Part shown: piece after piece, positions 51,422 through 64,000 of the stretch | Numbering within the stretch: position 1 is the first letter of the stretch | Layout: each line of letters opens with the position of its first letter | Source of the DNA: Macrostomum hystrix | Taxonomy: Eukaryota > Animalia > Platyhelminthes | Assembly (NCBI GenBank): GCA_950097015.1 | Contig: CATNEN010000032.1 | Span: 1,488,001-1,552,000, forward strand | Direction: 5' to 3' | DNA length: 64,000 nucleotides | Made by a program: the position numbers and the translations under genes | The notes under the pieces: model-generated | What the model was told of the DNA's origin: nothing | The model's input: the letters and a program-made list of their open reading frames with translations, nothing else | Database searches by the model: none

Positions 51422-54400
51422 TTACACTCTTTTGGATGCCTTCAAGCCTAGCTTGTCAAAACAGGCCTGAAACTGCTCGAATACTTCATCCACTGAGCGA
51501 CTTGCATCTATCTGTGGGCGAGGCAGGAAAATATAAACTTGATCATTCGCTGAAAGAATTGGTCATTCACAAAAGGAATTGGTCATTCGCTGAAGGAATT
51601 GGTCATTCGCTGAAGGAATTGGTCATTCGCTGAAGGAATTGGTCATTCGCTGAAGGAATTGGTCATTTACAAAAGGAAATTGATCATTCACTGAAGGAAT
51701 TGGTCACTCACAAAAGGAATTGGTCATTCGCTGAAGGAGTTTATCATCCACCGAAGGAATTGATCATTCACTGAAGGAATTGATCATTCACTGAAGAAAT
51801 TGGTCACTCACAAAAGGAAATTGATCATTCACTGAAGGAATTGGTCACTCACAAAAGGAAATTAATCATTCACTGAAGGAATTGGTCACTCACAAAAGGA
51901 AATTAATCATTCACTGAAAGAATTGGTCACTCACAAAAGGAAATTGATCATTCACTGAAGGAATTGGTCATTCACTGATGGAATTTATCTTTAACTGAAG
52001 GAATTGATCATTCACTGAAGCAATTGGTCATTCACTGATGGAATTTATCTTTAACTGAAGGAATTGATCATTCACTGAAGGAATTGATCATTCACTGAAA
52101 GAATTGATCATTCACTGAAGGAATTGGTCACTCACAAAAGGAAATTAATCATTCACTGAAGGAATTGGTCATTCACTGATGGAATTTATCTTTAACTGAA
52201 GGAATTGATCATTCACTGAAGCAATTGGTCATTCACTGATGGAATTTATCTTTAACTGAAGGAATTGATCATTCACTGAAGGAATTGATCATTCACTGAA
52301 AGAATTGATCATTCACTGAAGGAATTGGTCACTCACAAAAGGAAATTGATCATTCACTGAAGGAATTGGTCATTCACTGAAGGAATTGGTCACTCACAAA
52401 AGGAAATTAATCATTCACTGAAGGAATTGGTCATTCACTGAAGGAATTGGTCACTCACAAAAGGAAATTAATCATTCACTGAAGGAATTGGTCACTCACA
52501 AAAGGAAATTAATCATTCACTGAAAGAATTGGTCATTCACTGAAGCAATTGGTCATTCACTGATGGAATTTATCTTTAACTGAAGGAATTGATCATTCAC
52601 TGAAGGAATTGATCATTCACTGAAGGAATTGATCATTCACTGAAAGAATTGATCATTCACTGAAGGAATTGGTCACTCACAAAAGGAAATTAATCATTCA
52701 CTGAAGGAATTGGTCACTCACAAAAGGAAATTAATCATTCACTGAAAGAATTGGTCACTCACAAAAGGAAATTGATCATTCACTGAAGGAATTGGTCATT
52801 CACTGATGGAATTTATCTTTAACTGAAGGAATTGATCATTCACTGAAGCAATTGGTCATTCACTGATGGAATTTATCTTTAACTGAAGGAATTGATCATT
52901 CACTGAAGGAATTGATCATTCACTGAAAGAATTGATCATTCACTGAAGGAATTGGTCACTCACAAAAGGAAATTGATCATTCACTGAAGGAATTGGTCAT
53001 TCACTGATGGAATTTATCTTTAACTGAAGGAATTGATCATTCACTGAAGGAATTGGTCATTCACTGATGGAATTTATCTTTAACTGAAGGAATTGATCAT
53101 TCACTGAAGGAATTGGTCATTCACTGAAGAAATTGATCATTCACTGAAAGAATTGGTCACTCACAAAAGGAAATTGATCATTCGCTGAAGGAAATGATAA
53201 TTCAATGAAGGAATTGATCATTCACTGAAGGAATTGATCATTAACTGATGGAATTGATCATTCACCTTGATCAGTTTGCCCTGCTTCTCATAGTGCTCCA
53301 ACACGGGTTTAGTGAGCTCCTGAAAAGTTTTGAAACGTTTCGCAATGCTGTCAGCATTGTCGTCCACTCGTCCGCTAGTCGGGCCCCGCTTCAGCAGCCG
53401 CTGCTTCATGATTTCCTCCGTCAGGTCGAAGTAGATGACCTGGCTGCACGGAGCCAGCTGCTCTTCGAAGGTCACGGCCTGGTCCAGCTCGCGGGGAAAG
53501 CCGTCAACAAGGAAGGCAGGCGATTCCTTTGCGACGGCTGCCATGGCTCGGCGGAGAAGGTCGACCACGACCTTAAATGGGACGAGCTCGCCACGCCGCA
53601 TGGTCTCGCGCAGCTTCTTGTCGGAGTCAGAAGCCTGACGAATCAGATCGCCCGTCGACAAGTGAATCAGGCCATAGACAGCTGACATCCGCTTGCACTG
53701 AGTGCTCTTGCCACTGCCTGGACCGCCTAGACGAAAAAGTCGGATCGAACACACCGATCTCAGAATTTCAGTCACAGACACCCCAATCTACGGCAACTCA
53801 GTCACAGAAACACCAATCTACAGAAGCTCAGTCACAGACACACCAATCTACAGAAGCTCAGTCACAGACACACCAATCTACAGCAACTCAACCACAGACA
53901 CACCAATCTACAGCAACTCAGCCACAGACACACCAATCTACAGCAACTCAGCCACAGACACACCAATCTACAGCAACTCAGCCACAGACACACCAATCTA
54001 CAGCAACTCAACCACAGACACGCCAATCTACAGCAACTCAACCACAGACACACCAATCTACAGCAACTCAACCACAGACACACCAATCTACAGCAACTCA
54101 GCCACAGACACACCAATCTACAGCAACTCAGCCACAGACACACCAATCTACAGCAACTCAGCCACAGACACACCAATCTACAGCAACTCAGCCACAGACA
54201 CACCAATCTACAGCAACTCAGCCACAGACACACCAATCTACAGCAACTCAGCCACAGACACACCAATCTACAGCAACTCAGCCACAGACGCCTAAATTCA
54301 AGCTCACTTAATTGAGTGAGAAATGAATGCGTGGCGATTTTCAAATAACTCACCAAGGACAAAAAAAACTGTTGAATTTTTTAAGTTCGGGCTTTCGAGA

Positions 54401-54503
54401 GCTGAAAATGTTAAAGATTAGACATTTTAATTGACCAGATTTCGTCACAAAAAGTCGAAGGAGCTTACTGCAAGTACTTTAACGATGTCTTACCTTTAGC
54501 CAT
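51422..54503 (-). CDS. AK1: Adenylate kinase (AK1-like, short LID), 4 exons, 202 aa
   Basis: complement(join(51422..51511,53266..53726,54354..54401,54494..54503)), phases 1,1,0. MAKALESPNLKNSTVFFVLGGPGSGKSTQC, HLSTGDLIR, FLVDGFPR, GRVDDN, IDASRSVDEVF. Paralog identity (AK1/AK5/UMP-CMP kinase) is uncertain. Confidence 0.9.
51560..53262. repeat. 20-21-bp minisatellite with higher-order block duplications, filling AK intron 3
   Basis: Minus-strand unit gtgaatgatcaattccttca begins with the donor sequence; a ~320-bp variant block at ~51823-52145 recurs at ~52651-52975. Confidence 0.95.
53770..54290. repeat. 30-bp minisatellite filling AK intron 2 (cagcaactcagccacagacacaccaatcta)
   Basis: ~17 copies. 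Confidence 0.96.
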
Positions 54504-54924
54504 TGAAAATTAAAGTTAGCGGCTGTAGATAGCAAAAATTTTATCCGACAATTTATTCTAATTTTAAATTTAGAAAACAAATCTGCGACTAGAAAGCCAG
54601 TTCAAGCCATGGACAAAACTAATGGCTATTGGCAAAACTGACAACTAGCATAATTTGGGGAAGCTTCGAATCGCGAGTTTATTTGTTAATAAAAAGTGTA
54701 ATAAAAAGCACTGCTCCGCAGTTATAGTGTCACTGATTCATGCTTCAATATAGGAAACTCCTTCTCTAGAAGTAAAAGGGAGGTGAAGCTTTAAAAGTAA
54801 AGAATGAATATGTGCTAGTCGCAAATATGCGTTGAAACGATTACAACACGATTAGTCATTTCACTTGGGAACGAACGCATGTTGGATAGCAAAAAAGGGA
54901 AGACTTTTTCTGGCGAGAAGAGGC

Positions 54925-55095
54925 GTGAGGTGGGTGATGGCGTGAGGTGGGTGATGGCGTGAGGTGGGTGATGGCGTGAGGTGGGTGATGGCGTGAGGTG
55001 GGTGATGGCGTGAGGTGGGTGATGGCGTGAAGTGGGTGATGGCGTGGGGTGGGTGATGGCGTGAGGTGGGTGATTGCGTGAGGTGGGTGATGGTG
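54925..55095. repeat. 17-bp minisatellite (gaggtgggtgatggcgt)
   Basis: ~10 copies. Confidence 0.93.
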
Positions 55096-55274
55096 GCGTA
55101 TGGGGCATTATATGAATTTACCGAAATCCGGTGTATTGAATATTTGGCTAATTATGTTGCCCCTTCTTAGCCTCTTTTTCATAGAAACATGATTTAAACT
55201 CAGAGGAATTCTTTTCAAGGGGCACTTAAACTTGAAAGTAAATATTTGCCACCATGAAAGCATTTGCTGGGCGC

Positions 55275-58200
55275 TCAGGCCTGAAATACTCGTCTAACTG
55301 ATGTCGCTGATCGCCAAGATTCTCGCGACAGTTGCTGCTGAAGGAGCGGCGGTGGCGGCGGCCTTAGAGGCATGGCAAGGGACGCTGAATCAATTGAGTT
55401 GGCTGAGAACAGGAATCTTGTTGGCAGAGGCGTCGGCGTTGTGGCCTCCAGCTGCAGTGGCGGCAGTGCCGTCTGTTGCAATCGACGCAGCGACAGGCTG
55501 GCAGTCAGCGGCGGCAGCGGTGACGGCGGTCGCTGAGAGAACTTCGCCTCCGACACCAGCTGGATGGAACCGTTGGCGTCAGCTGCGGGAATGTCGGCGA
55601 TGCCCGGCTGCTCCTGCCGTTGACGGTGTCGGCGAACTCGTCGGAGGTGGCAGAAGAAGCTGAGCAGGGCAGCGGAGGCGATGGCGCCTCCGAGGATGCC
55701 CAGGATGACAGCGTGACGGCCCTCGTCGCCTGTCGACTTGCCCGCGGAGGGCAATTTTGCGTCTCCGTCAGCTTCGGGACTGGCGGACGCCGCTGCGAGA
55801 TAAAATATTGATACTCGCATTGGGATATGGTCTCATTAGGGTTGGGAGCTGGTCTCATTGTGAGTGAGAGCTGGTCTCATTGTGAGTGAGAGCTGGTCTC
55901 ATTGTGGTTGGGAGCTGGTCTCATTGTGGTTGGGAGCTGGTCTCATTGTGGTTGGGAGCTGGTCTCATTGTGGTTGGGAGCTGGTCTCATTGTGGTTGGG
56001 AGCTGGTCTCATTGTGGTTGGGAGCTGGTCTCATTGTGGTTGGGAGCTGGTCTCATTGTGGTTGGGAGCTGGTCCCATTGTGAGTGAGAGCTGGTCTCAT
56101 TGTGATTGGGAGCTGGTCTCATTGTGAGTGAGAGCTGGTCTCATTGTGGTTGGGAGCTGGTCTCATTGTGAGTGAGAGCTGGTCTCATTGTGAGTGAGAG
56201 CTGGTCTCATTGTGAGTGAGAGCTGGTCTGATACAGAAGTGCAGATACTCAGAGACGTGATGATCGCACATTTTTCTTTGGGATCATTTTGGTTTAAAAC
56301 GCCTCAGGGAGCTGCTTGACCTCCGGCTTTGTATTATTCCTCGCACAGGGTCAGTGTTAATCTCAGCAATGAGTCGCTAATGGGACTAGACTCAAACTAG
56401 ACTCAAGAGATGGAGCCATGATAGGGCTTCAAGGAATATTTTTCGACGACTTTTTTGCTGCTGGGAAAGAAAGAGAATGTGGATTAAGGGATCAGGATGC
56501 GAGGGATTCTGATGAGAAAATTCACTTAGCCATACACAAGCTAATTAATGCGCATATTATTAATTAACATAACTTATGCTGCCTCTCTTCAGAGAGCATA
56601 CATGCAATACATGCTCAGCTACTGAATAATGCTGGGAGATATGCTGTCGCAGCATACAAGAGTCCAGTTTGCAAGGAGACCACTATAGAACATTTAGTAC
56701 ACTATTATGAGGCTGCTGAGAAGCTAGACCCCTAGAAATAAGTGCGACCCAGTCTGCATGACCCAGGCTGCATGACCCAATCAGCATGAACCAGTCATCA
56801 TGACCCAATCAGCATGACCCAATCAGCATGAACCAGTCAGCATGACCCAATCATCATGACCCAATCAGCATTAAACCAGTCAGCATGACCCAATCATCAT
56901 GACCCAGTCAGCATGACCCAATCATCATGACCCAATCAGCTGGAACAAGTCATCATGACCCAATCAGCATGAACCAGTCAGCATGACCCAATCATCATGA
57001 CCCAATCAGCATGAACCAGTCAGGATGACCCAATCAGCATGACCCAATCATCATGACCTAATCAGCATGACCCAGTCAACATGACCCAATTATCATGACC
57101 CAATCAGCAAGACCCAGTCTGCATGACCCAATCAGCATGACCCAATCAGCATGAACCAGTCAGCATGACCCAATCATCATGATCCAATCAGCATGAACAG
57201 TCAGGATGACCCAATCAGCATGACCCAATCAGCATGACCCAGTCAGCATGACCCAATCATCATTACCCAATCAGCATGACCCAGTCTGCATGACCCAATC
57301 ATCATGACCCAATCAGCATGACCCAATCATCATTACCCAATCAGCATGACCCAGTCTGCATGACCCAATCATCATGACCCAATCAGCATGAACCAGTCAG
57401 GATGACCCAATCAGCATGACCCAATCATCATGACCCAATCAGCAAGACCCAGTCTGCATGACCCAATCATCATGACCCAATCAGCATGACCCAGTCTGCA
57501 TGACCCAATCATCATGACCCAATCAGCATGAACCAATCAGCATGACCCAGTCAGCATGACCCAATCAGCATGACCCAGTCTGCATGACCCAATCAGCAAG
57601 ACCCAGTCTGCATGACCCAATCATCATGACCCAATCAGCAAGATCTAGTCTGCATGACCCAATCAGCATGACCCAATCAGCATGAACCAGTCAGGATGAC
57701 CCAATCAGCCTGACCCAGTCAGCATGACCCAATCATCATGACCCAATCAGCATGACCCAGTCAGCATGACCCAATCATCATGACCCAATCAGCATGAACC
57801 AGTCAGGATGACCCAATCAGCAAGACTTAATCAGCCTGACCCAGCCGGCATGACCCAATCACCTGTGTCGCCGATGCCAACCCAGCCGGGGCAGTCGGGT
57901 CCCTCGTCCTCGCCGTAAGGACAGTTGGCGTAGCCGTTGCAGCGTAGCCGTGAGTCGACGCACTGTCCGGATCCGCAGTCAAACTCCGTGTCGGAATGGC
58001 ACTGACCTGGGGGCAGTATAAAAGTACATTGTGCTCTCATGGCTGCCTTAGTTAACCCACAGAGCCAATTCGTTAATGCTTTGGCCATTCCCAGCGTGAT
58101 TAAATAAGCCAGTTTTAACTAAAAGTGCAGGCGCAGCTACCATCGCTGCTAGCCAAATTTGTCAAACACGAAAAATAGCATTTGTTGGTTCTATTTGATT

Positions 58201-58320
58201 TCACCTTGCCTTCAAATCCACAGGCTGGCTCGCTTCTGGGGAGTGTAAACACACCCACCTTAGATCAGGAATTTGTTTGACAACAGTAGACAGACACATA
58301 CGATTCAAACAATAGAAGCT

Positions 58321-58356
<36 letters not shown>

Positions 58357-61300
58357 TTGTCTTAGAGGCGAGTTGTCAAAGAAAGTGCACATCAGTTTGA
58401 ATAGCAAGGAAAAGCAGTTTAATAAGAAGAAAAAGTCAGAAAATAGTGTGAAAATCAAATCTAGCATGAATGTACAAGTTTCAGCCTTTTAATATTGCGT
58501 CTGTTGATGGAACAGCTGAACTGCACCCTTTTGAACAATACAATGACTAACAACCCACCTCCCTTTTCCATATATCCCGTTCCACAACCCCACCTCCCTT
58601 TACCATCTATCCTTTTCTAGAACCCCATCTCCCTTTCCTCTCTATCCCTTTCTAGAACCCCATCTCCCTTTCCTCTCTATCCCTTTTAGAACCCCATCTC
58701 CCTTTCCTCTCTATCCCTTTCTAGAACCCCATCTCCCTTTCCTCTCTATCCCTTTCTAGAACCCCATCTCCCTTTCCTCTCTATCCCTTTCTAGAACCCC
58801 ATCTCCCTTTCCTCTCTATCCCTTTCTAGAACCCCATCTCCCTTTCCTCTCTATCCCTTTCTAGAACCCCATTTCCATTTCCTCTCTATCCCTTTCTAGA
58901 ACCCCATCTCCCTTTCCTCTCTATCACTTTCTAGAACCCCATCTCCCTTTCCTCTCTATCCCTTTCTAGAACCCCATCTCCCTTTCCTCTCTATCCCTTT
59001 CTAGAACCCCATCTCCCTTTCCTCTCTATCACTTTCTAGAACCCCATCTCCCTTTCCTCTCTATCCCTTTCTAGAACCCCATCTCCCTTTCCTCTCTATC
59101 CCTTTCTAGAACCCCATCTCCCTTTCCTCTCTATCACTTTCTAGAACCCCATCTCCCTTTCCTCTCTATCCCTTTCTAGAACCCCATCTCCCTTTCCTCT
59201 CTATCCCTTTCTAGAACCCCATCTCCCTTTCCTCTCTATCACTTTCTAGAACCCCATCTCCCTTTCCTCTCTATCCCTTTCTAGAACCCCATCTCCCTTT
59301 CCTCTCTATCCTGTTCTACAACCCCACCTCCTTTTCCTCTCTATCCTGTTCTACAACCCCACCTCCTTTTCCTCTCTATCCCTTTCTACAACCCCACCTT
59401 CCTTTCCTCTCTATCCCGTTCTACAATCCCACCTCGCTTTCCTCTCTATCCCTTTCTAGAACCCCATCTCCCTTTCCTCTCTATCACTTTCTAGAACCCC
59501 ATCTCCCTTTCCTCTCTATCCTGTTCTACAACCCCACCTCCTTTTCCTCTCTATCCTGTTCTACAACCCCACCTCCTTTTCCTCTCTATCCCTTTCTACA
59601 ACCCCACCTTCCTTTCCTCTCTATCCCGTTCTACAACCCCATCTCCCTTTTCCCTCTATCCCATTCCAAACCCCCCCGCCCATCACAGTCCCAGTCCTCA
59701 CCGATTCTAACTGCAGTGATGGCAAGGCGAAAGACGGGCAGGTGATTAACGTTCTTGGCGGTGGCCCTGATGACAGCTCGGCCTGTGTTCGCCAGCAGAG
59801 TCCAGCGAGGCGGCGAGGCGCCGATGTTGGTGCAGTCTGGCTTGAAGTCCTTCCGCTGCCTGTCGGCCGATGTGAAACCGTCGAATACGGAAATGGCGTT
59901 GGCGTGGCACTGGCCTTCGCGTAGGAACTGGGCAGTTGCTATGGCGACGAGAATCTGGCGTGAGTTTTTGTTATAACAGCTTTTTCCTTTATGAGAAGAA
60001 TTAGTAAAAATTGTTTTATTACAGTAGTTATAAACTGTATATTTTTTATCGCTATTGTCAGTAACTTTGAGTACTGCTCAAAGCCTCACCCTGGTATCCT
60101 CGCGCAGTGCTGAGAACTCGGCTGTACAGTCCACAGCTGCCTCCTTCTGAGCGCTGGACTCAACAAGTGACTCGAAATGCCGACTAGTGAGCAACTGCTG
60201 CCGCCCAGAGTGGACCCGGAATCTGAGACGGCACTCTGCAGGCGGCAGTGTTTGGTGTTGATGGCATAACGCAAGATTGAATTTCTACAGAGTTCACCGT
60301 CACTATTTACAGAGTCTGTTGTCACTGTTTACAGAGTCTGTTGTCACTGTTTACAGAGTCTGTTGTCACTGTTTACAGAGTCTGTTGTCACTGTTTACAG
60401 AGTCTGTTGTCACTGTTTACAGAGCCTGTTGTCGCTGTTTACAGAGCCTGTTGTCGATGTTTACAGAGCCTGTTGTCGCTGTTTAAAGAGTCTGTAGTTC
60501 CTATTTACAGAGTCTGTAGTTCCTATTTACAGAGTCTGTAATTCCTATTTACAGAGTCTGTAGTTCCTATTTACAGAGCCTGTAGTTCCTATTTACAGAG
60601 TCTGTAGTTCCAATTTACAGAGTCTGTAGTTTCTGTTTACAGAGCCTGTAGTTCCTATTTACAGAGTCTGTAGTTCCTTAATTTAATTTATTTCATGTTT
60701 CAAACTAGACAGCAATCAAAAGTAGTTTCGAGTCTTAGTCAAAAAGTGCACCAGTGCGCTGCTGTAGTGGCAGCTGTACTACAGACAGGCACACACGCGC
60801 GCATGGATGATATGCAAGAAAGCAATTAAAAAGCCAGAGCCATCCAGGCAGGACATTTTGAGTGTAAGCGCGTAACACTATCTAGAACTCCAAATTCAGG
60901 GCCAGGCAACTCAGTGACTCCCCGTAAGACTATTGTCGACTTTTCTGTCGACTATTAGTCTCCACTGCCCCTCCCCCCAGGGCAGGTGGTTTTTCTGCTG
61001 TACAATCAGGAACTGAGAGCATAGATTCCTCACTTACAGACAATAGACTGCATGTGGTCTGGCTGCTGCTGCTGAATATCTCAAGGGCGAGAAGCCCGCT
61101 CGTTCCCTACCCTCTGGCATGAGGGTTGTGTCTCGCTAGCCCAAAACAGCAAATGAAGAATTTCTAATTTAAAAAGAATACTGAGCAGCTTGAGTATGTT
61201 CTCAAATTCATATCCCAATTCGATATTGCTAGCCAGCATAGAAAAAATGCTGTGCCTTGTCAGTCACTATTTAATTTTAAAGTACTCTTCCCTTAAACTT

Positions 61301-63269
61301 CAGGCTTACCTACCATGCCATTAGAAATTTATAAACTAGAGTGAAAAAAGTATTTATAAGATCTCTCTGCACATCTACCATGGAATCCAGCTAGATCTCC
61401 CATCAAATCCAGCTAGATCTCCCACCATATCCAGCTAGATCTCCCATCAAATCTAGCTAGATCTCCCATCAAATCTAGCTAGATCTCCCATCAAATCCAG
61501 CTAGATTTCCCATCAAATCCAGCTAGATTTCCCATCAAATCCAGCTAAATCTCCCATCAAATCCAGCTAGATCTCCCATCAAATCCAGCTAGATCTCCCA
61601 TCAAATCCAGCTAGATCTCCCACCATATCCAGCTAGATCTCCCATCAAATCTAGCTAGATCTCCCATCAAATCTAGCTAGATTTCCCATCAAATCCAGCT
61701 AAATCTCCCATCAAATCCAGCTAGATCTCCCATCAAATCCAGCTAGATCTCCCATCAAATCCAGCTAGATCTCCCATCAAATCCAGCTAGATCTCCCACC
61801 ATATCCAGCTAGATCTCCCATCAAATCCAGCTAGATCTCCCATCAAATCCAGCTAGATTTCCCATCAAATCCAGCTAGATTTCCCATCAAATCCAGCTAG
61901 ATCTCCCACCATATCCAGCTAGATCTCCTATCAAATCCAGCTAAATCTCCTATCAAATCCAGCTAAATCTCCTATCAAATCCAGCTAGATTTCCCATCAA
62001 ATCCAGCTAGATCTCCCATCAAATCCAGCTAGATCTCCCACCATATCCAGCTAGATCTCCCATCAAATCCAGCTAGATCTCCCACCATGTCCAGCTAGAT
62101 CTCCTATCAAATCCAGCTAGATCTCCCACCATATCCAGCTAGATCTCCTATCAAATCCAGCTAGATCTCCCTCCATATCCAGCTAGATCTCCCATCAAAT
62201 CTAGCTAGATCTCCCACCATATCCAGCTAGATCTCCCACCATATCCAGCTAGATCTCCCATCAAATCTAGCTAGATCTCCCACCATATCCAGCTAGATCT
62301 CCTATCAAATCCAGCTAGATCTCTTACCATATCCAGCTAGATCTCCCATCAAATCCAGCTAGATCTCCCAACATATCCAGCTAGATCTCCGATCAAATCC
62401 AGATAGATCTCCCATCAAATCCAGCTAGATCTCCCATCAAATCCAGCTAGATCTCCCATCAAATCCAGATATATCTCCCATCAAATCCAGCTAGATCTCC
62501 CATCAAATCCAGCTAGATCTCCCATCAAATCCAGCTAGATCTCCCATCAAATCCAGCTAGATCTCCCATCAAATCCAGCTAGATCTCCCATCAAATCCAG
62601 CTAGATCTCCCATCAAATCCAGCTAGATCTCCCATCAAATCCAGCTAGATCTCCCATCAAATCCAGCTAGATCACTCACCGGCAGCCGAAGGTGGCGGTA
62701 GTGTAGCCAAGGTGACAAAGCGGTAAGCAAGCCTTAGTCCCTGGTGCGTGATGATTTCATCCGAGTGAAATCTCAGCCACAGAAATCTGCCCGATGACAG
62801 AATCGGACGGGCCTCTGGCGCGGAGACTGTCGCCGCTGATTGGCCCGACTTTGGCCGCCATTCGCCGCAGAGCCGGCCGTCTCGACCGTCTGGCAGACCG
62901 GGCAGAGGCGGCGAGAAGCCGAAGGGACCGTCGCGAATCTCCAAATAGTCGTTTCGACAGTCAGTGCTTCTCTCAATCAGGTAGGTGGACCGCTGGAAGT
63001 CCAGCTCGATGCGCTGATTGGGCGAGCCTGGCATCGGGACATCGGGACAATGGGCATTTCCGATGGAGTAATGGAGAGCTCCAATTGAGTGACTTGTTCA
63101 TTAAAAATTTTCATTTAATAAATAACACTAAAGGTGTTTTCAACTGACCTTGAATGACCTTAATACAGTCCGCATCATTGGGATACTCGGCCGGGTATCG
63201 AGGCGATGAAAAATAGAAATAATTTTCCGTTGAGCTTTGGCTGCCGATGAAATCTGAGCAAATTGGTGG
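55275..63269 (-). CDS. NETO: Neto-like (neuropilin/tolloid-like) CUB-CUB-LDLa-TM protein, 5' end unresolved
   Basis: complement exons 63149..63269, 62680..63027, 60090..60235, 59702..59954, 57863..58006, 55275..55792, all phases consistent. CUB1 SPRYPAEYP...YLEIRDGPFGFSP; CUB2 VDC...CHANAISVFDG; LDLa FDCGSGQCVDSRLRCNGYANCPYGEDE; TM AVILGILGGAIASAALLSFFC. Signal-peptide exon not identified. Confidence 0.88.
55825..56228. repeat. 22-bp minisatellite (gggagctggtctcattgtggtt) near the acceptor of the last Neto exon
   Basis: ~18 copies. Confidence 0.95.
56755..57860. repeat. ~14-bp minisatellite (gcatgacccaatca) starting at the donor 57862
   Basis: Minus-strand unit tgattgggtcatgc mirrors the donor GTGATTGGGTCATG. 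Confidence 0.95.
58570..59665. repeat. 35-bp minisatellite (ctagaaccccatctccctttcctctctatcccttt)
   Basis: ~31 copies starting ~35 nt from the donor at 59701. Confidence 0.96.
60295..60680. repeat. 22-bp minisatellite (gtttacagagtctgttgtcact)
   Basis: ~17 copies, drifting to a tagttcctat variant; ~60 nt from the acceptor at 60236. Confidence 0.95.
61385..62672. repeat. 22-bp minisatellite (ccagctagatctcccatcaaat) starting 6 nt into the intron after the donor at 62679
   Basis: ~58 copies. Confidence 0.97.
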
Positions 63270-63489
63270 CTGAAGCGGCAGGGTGCCTGAGGGTGTCCAG
63301 ATTGATAGGTCTATGAGTAATTTAAATCATCGAAACCGTTAATGAGTTAATCTAAAGTTACAGATCTCCCAGCTGCTAAGGGGATATGATGTCTTAACTC
63401 ACCGCTAATTCTGGCTTCGAAAATTGTTGCCATGGAAACCAATACGGCGACACTTTGTACAAGTCTTGCAACTAAAATAGTTTAAAAAG

Positions 63490-64000
63490 CTAAGGTGTCA
63501 CAATGAGGTGTTTATCTGATGACTGAGGTGTCACAATGAGGTGTTTATCTGATGACTGAGGTGTCACAATAAGGTGTTTATCTGATGACTGAGGTGTCCC
63601 AATGAGGTGTTTATCTGATGACTGAGGTGTCCCAATGAGGTGTTTATCTGATGACTGAGGTGTCACAATGAGATGTTTATCTGATGACTGAGGTGTCCCA
63701 ATGAGGTGTTTATCTGATGACTGAGGTGTCCCAATGAGGTGTTTATCTGATGACTGAGGTGTCACAATAAGGTGTTTATCTGATGACTGAGGTGTCCCAA
63801 TGAGGTGTTTATCTGATGACTGAGGTGTCACAATGAGGTGTTTATCTGATGACTGAGGTGTCCCAATGAGGTGTTTATCTGATGACTGAGGTGTCACAAT
63901 GAGATGTTTATCTGATGACTGAGGTGTCACAATGAGGTGTTTATCTGATGACTGAGGTGTCACAATGAGGTGTTTATCTGATGACTGAGGTGTCACAATG
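63490..64000. repeat. 33-bp minisatellite (gtgtcacaatgaggtgtttatctgatgactgag), continues past the window edge
   Basis: At least 15 copies. Confidence 0.96.

Noticed and set aside
53700-53726. P-loop GKSTQ instead of GKGTQ as loss of adenylate kinase function
   Set aside because: GK[S/T] is a normal Walker A form, and all other AK motifs are intact.

Overview
Eukaryotic (animal, invertebrate) genomic DNA with GC-rich exons and canonical GT-AG introns. About 35 different minisatellite arrays make up roughly 24 kb (my rough sum, ~35-40% of the window). The style resembles the repeat-rich flatworm Macrostomum, but that is an unverified inference. Spliced genes I reconstructed by hand with phase-consistent junctions: last exon of a PCIF1/CAPAM-like NPPF methyltransferase, mitochondrial dicarboxylate carrier (SLC25A10), Cdc42, an orphan class-A GPCR, a calpain with all three catalytic residues substituted, an allatostatin-C/somatostatin-like neuropeptide precursor, a large PDZ(+PH-like) protein (internal exons only partly resolved), adenylate kinase (AK1-like), and a Neto-like CUB-CUB-LDLa-TM protein. 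Mobile DNA: three Crypton-like (DUF3504-type) tyrosine-recombinase loci, one internally deleted mariner containing a 56-bp perfect hairpin, and two tRNA-derived SINE families. Top candidates for new biology: (1) a Crypton-like locus with two divergent recombinase-family ORFs (binding-domain-only plus catalytic), three short inverted repeats all with 9-nt spacers, and GCGAAGC-type hairpins, with parts of this layout echoed at two other loci; (2) minisatellites that start or end at splice sites, some built from the splice donor itself. Most long ORFs in the supplied track are artefacts of these repeats.
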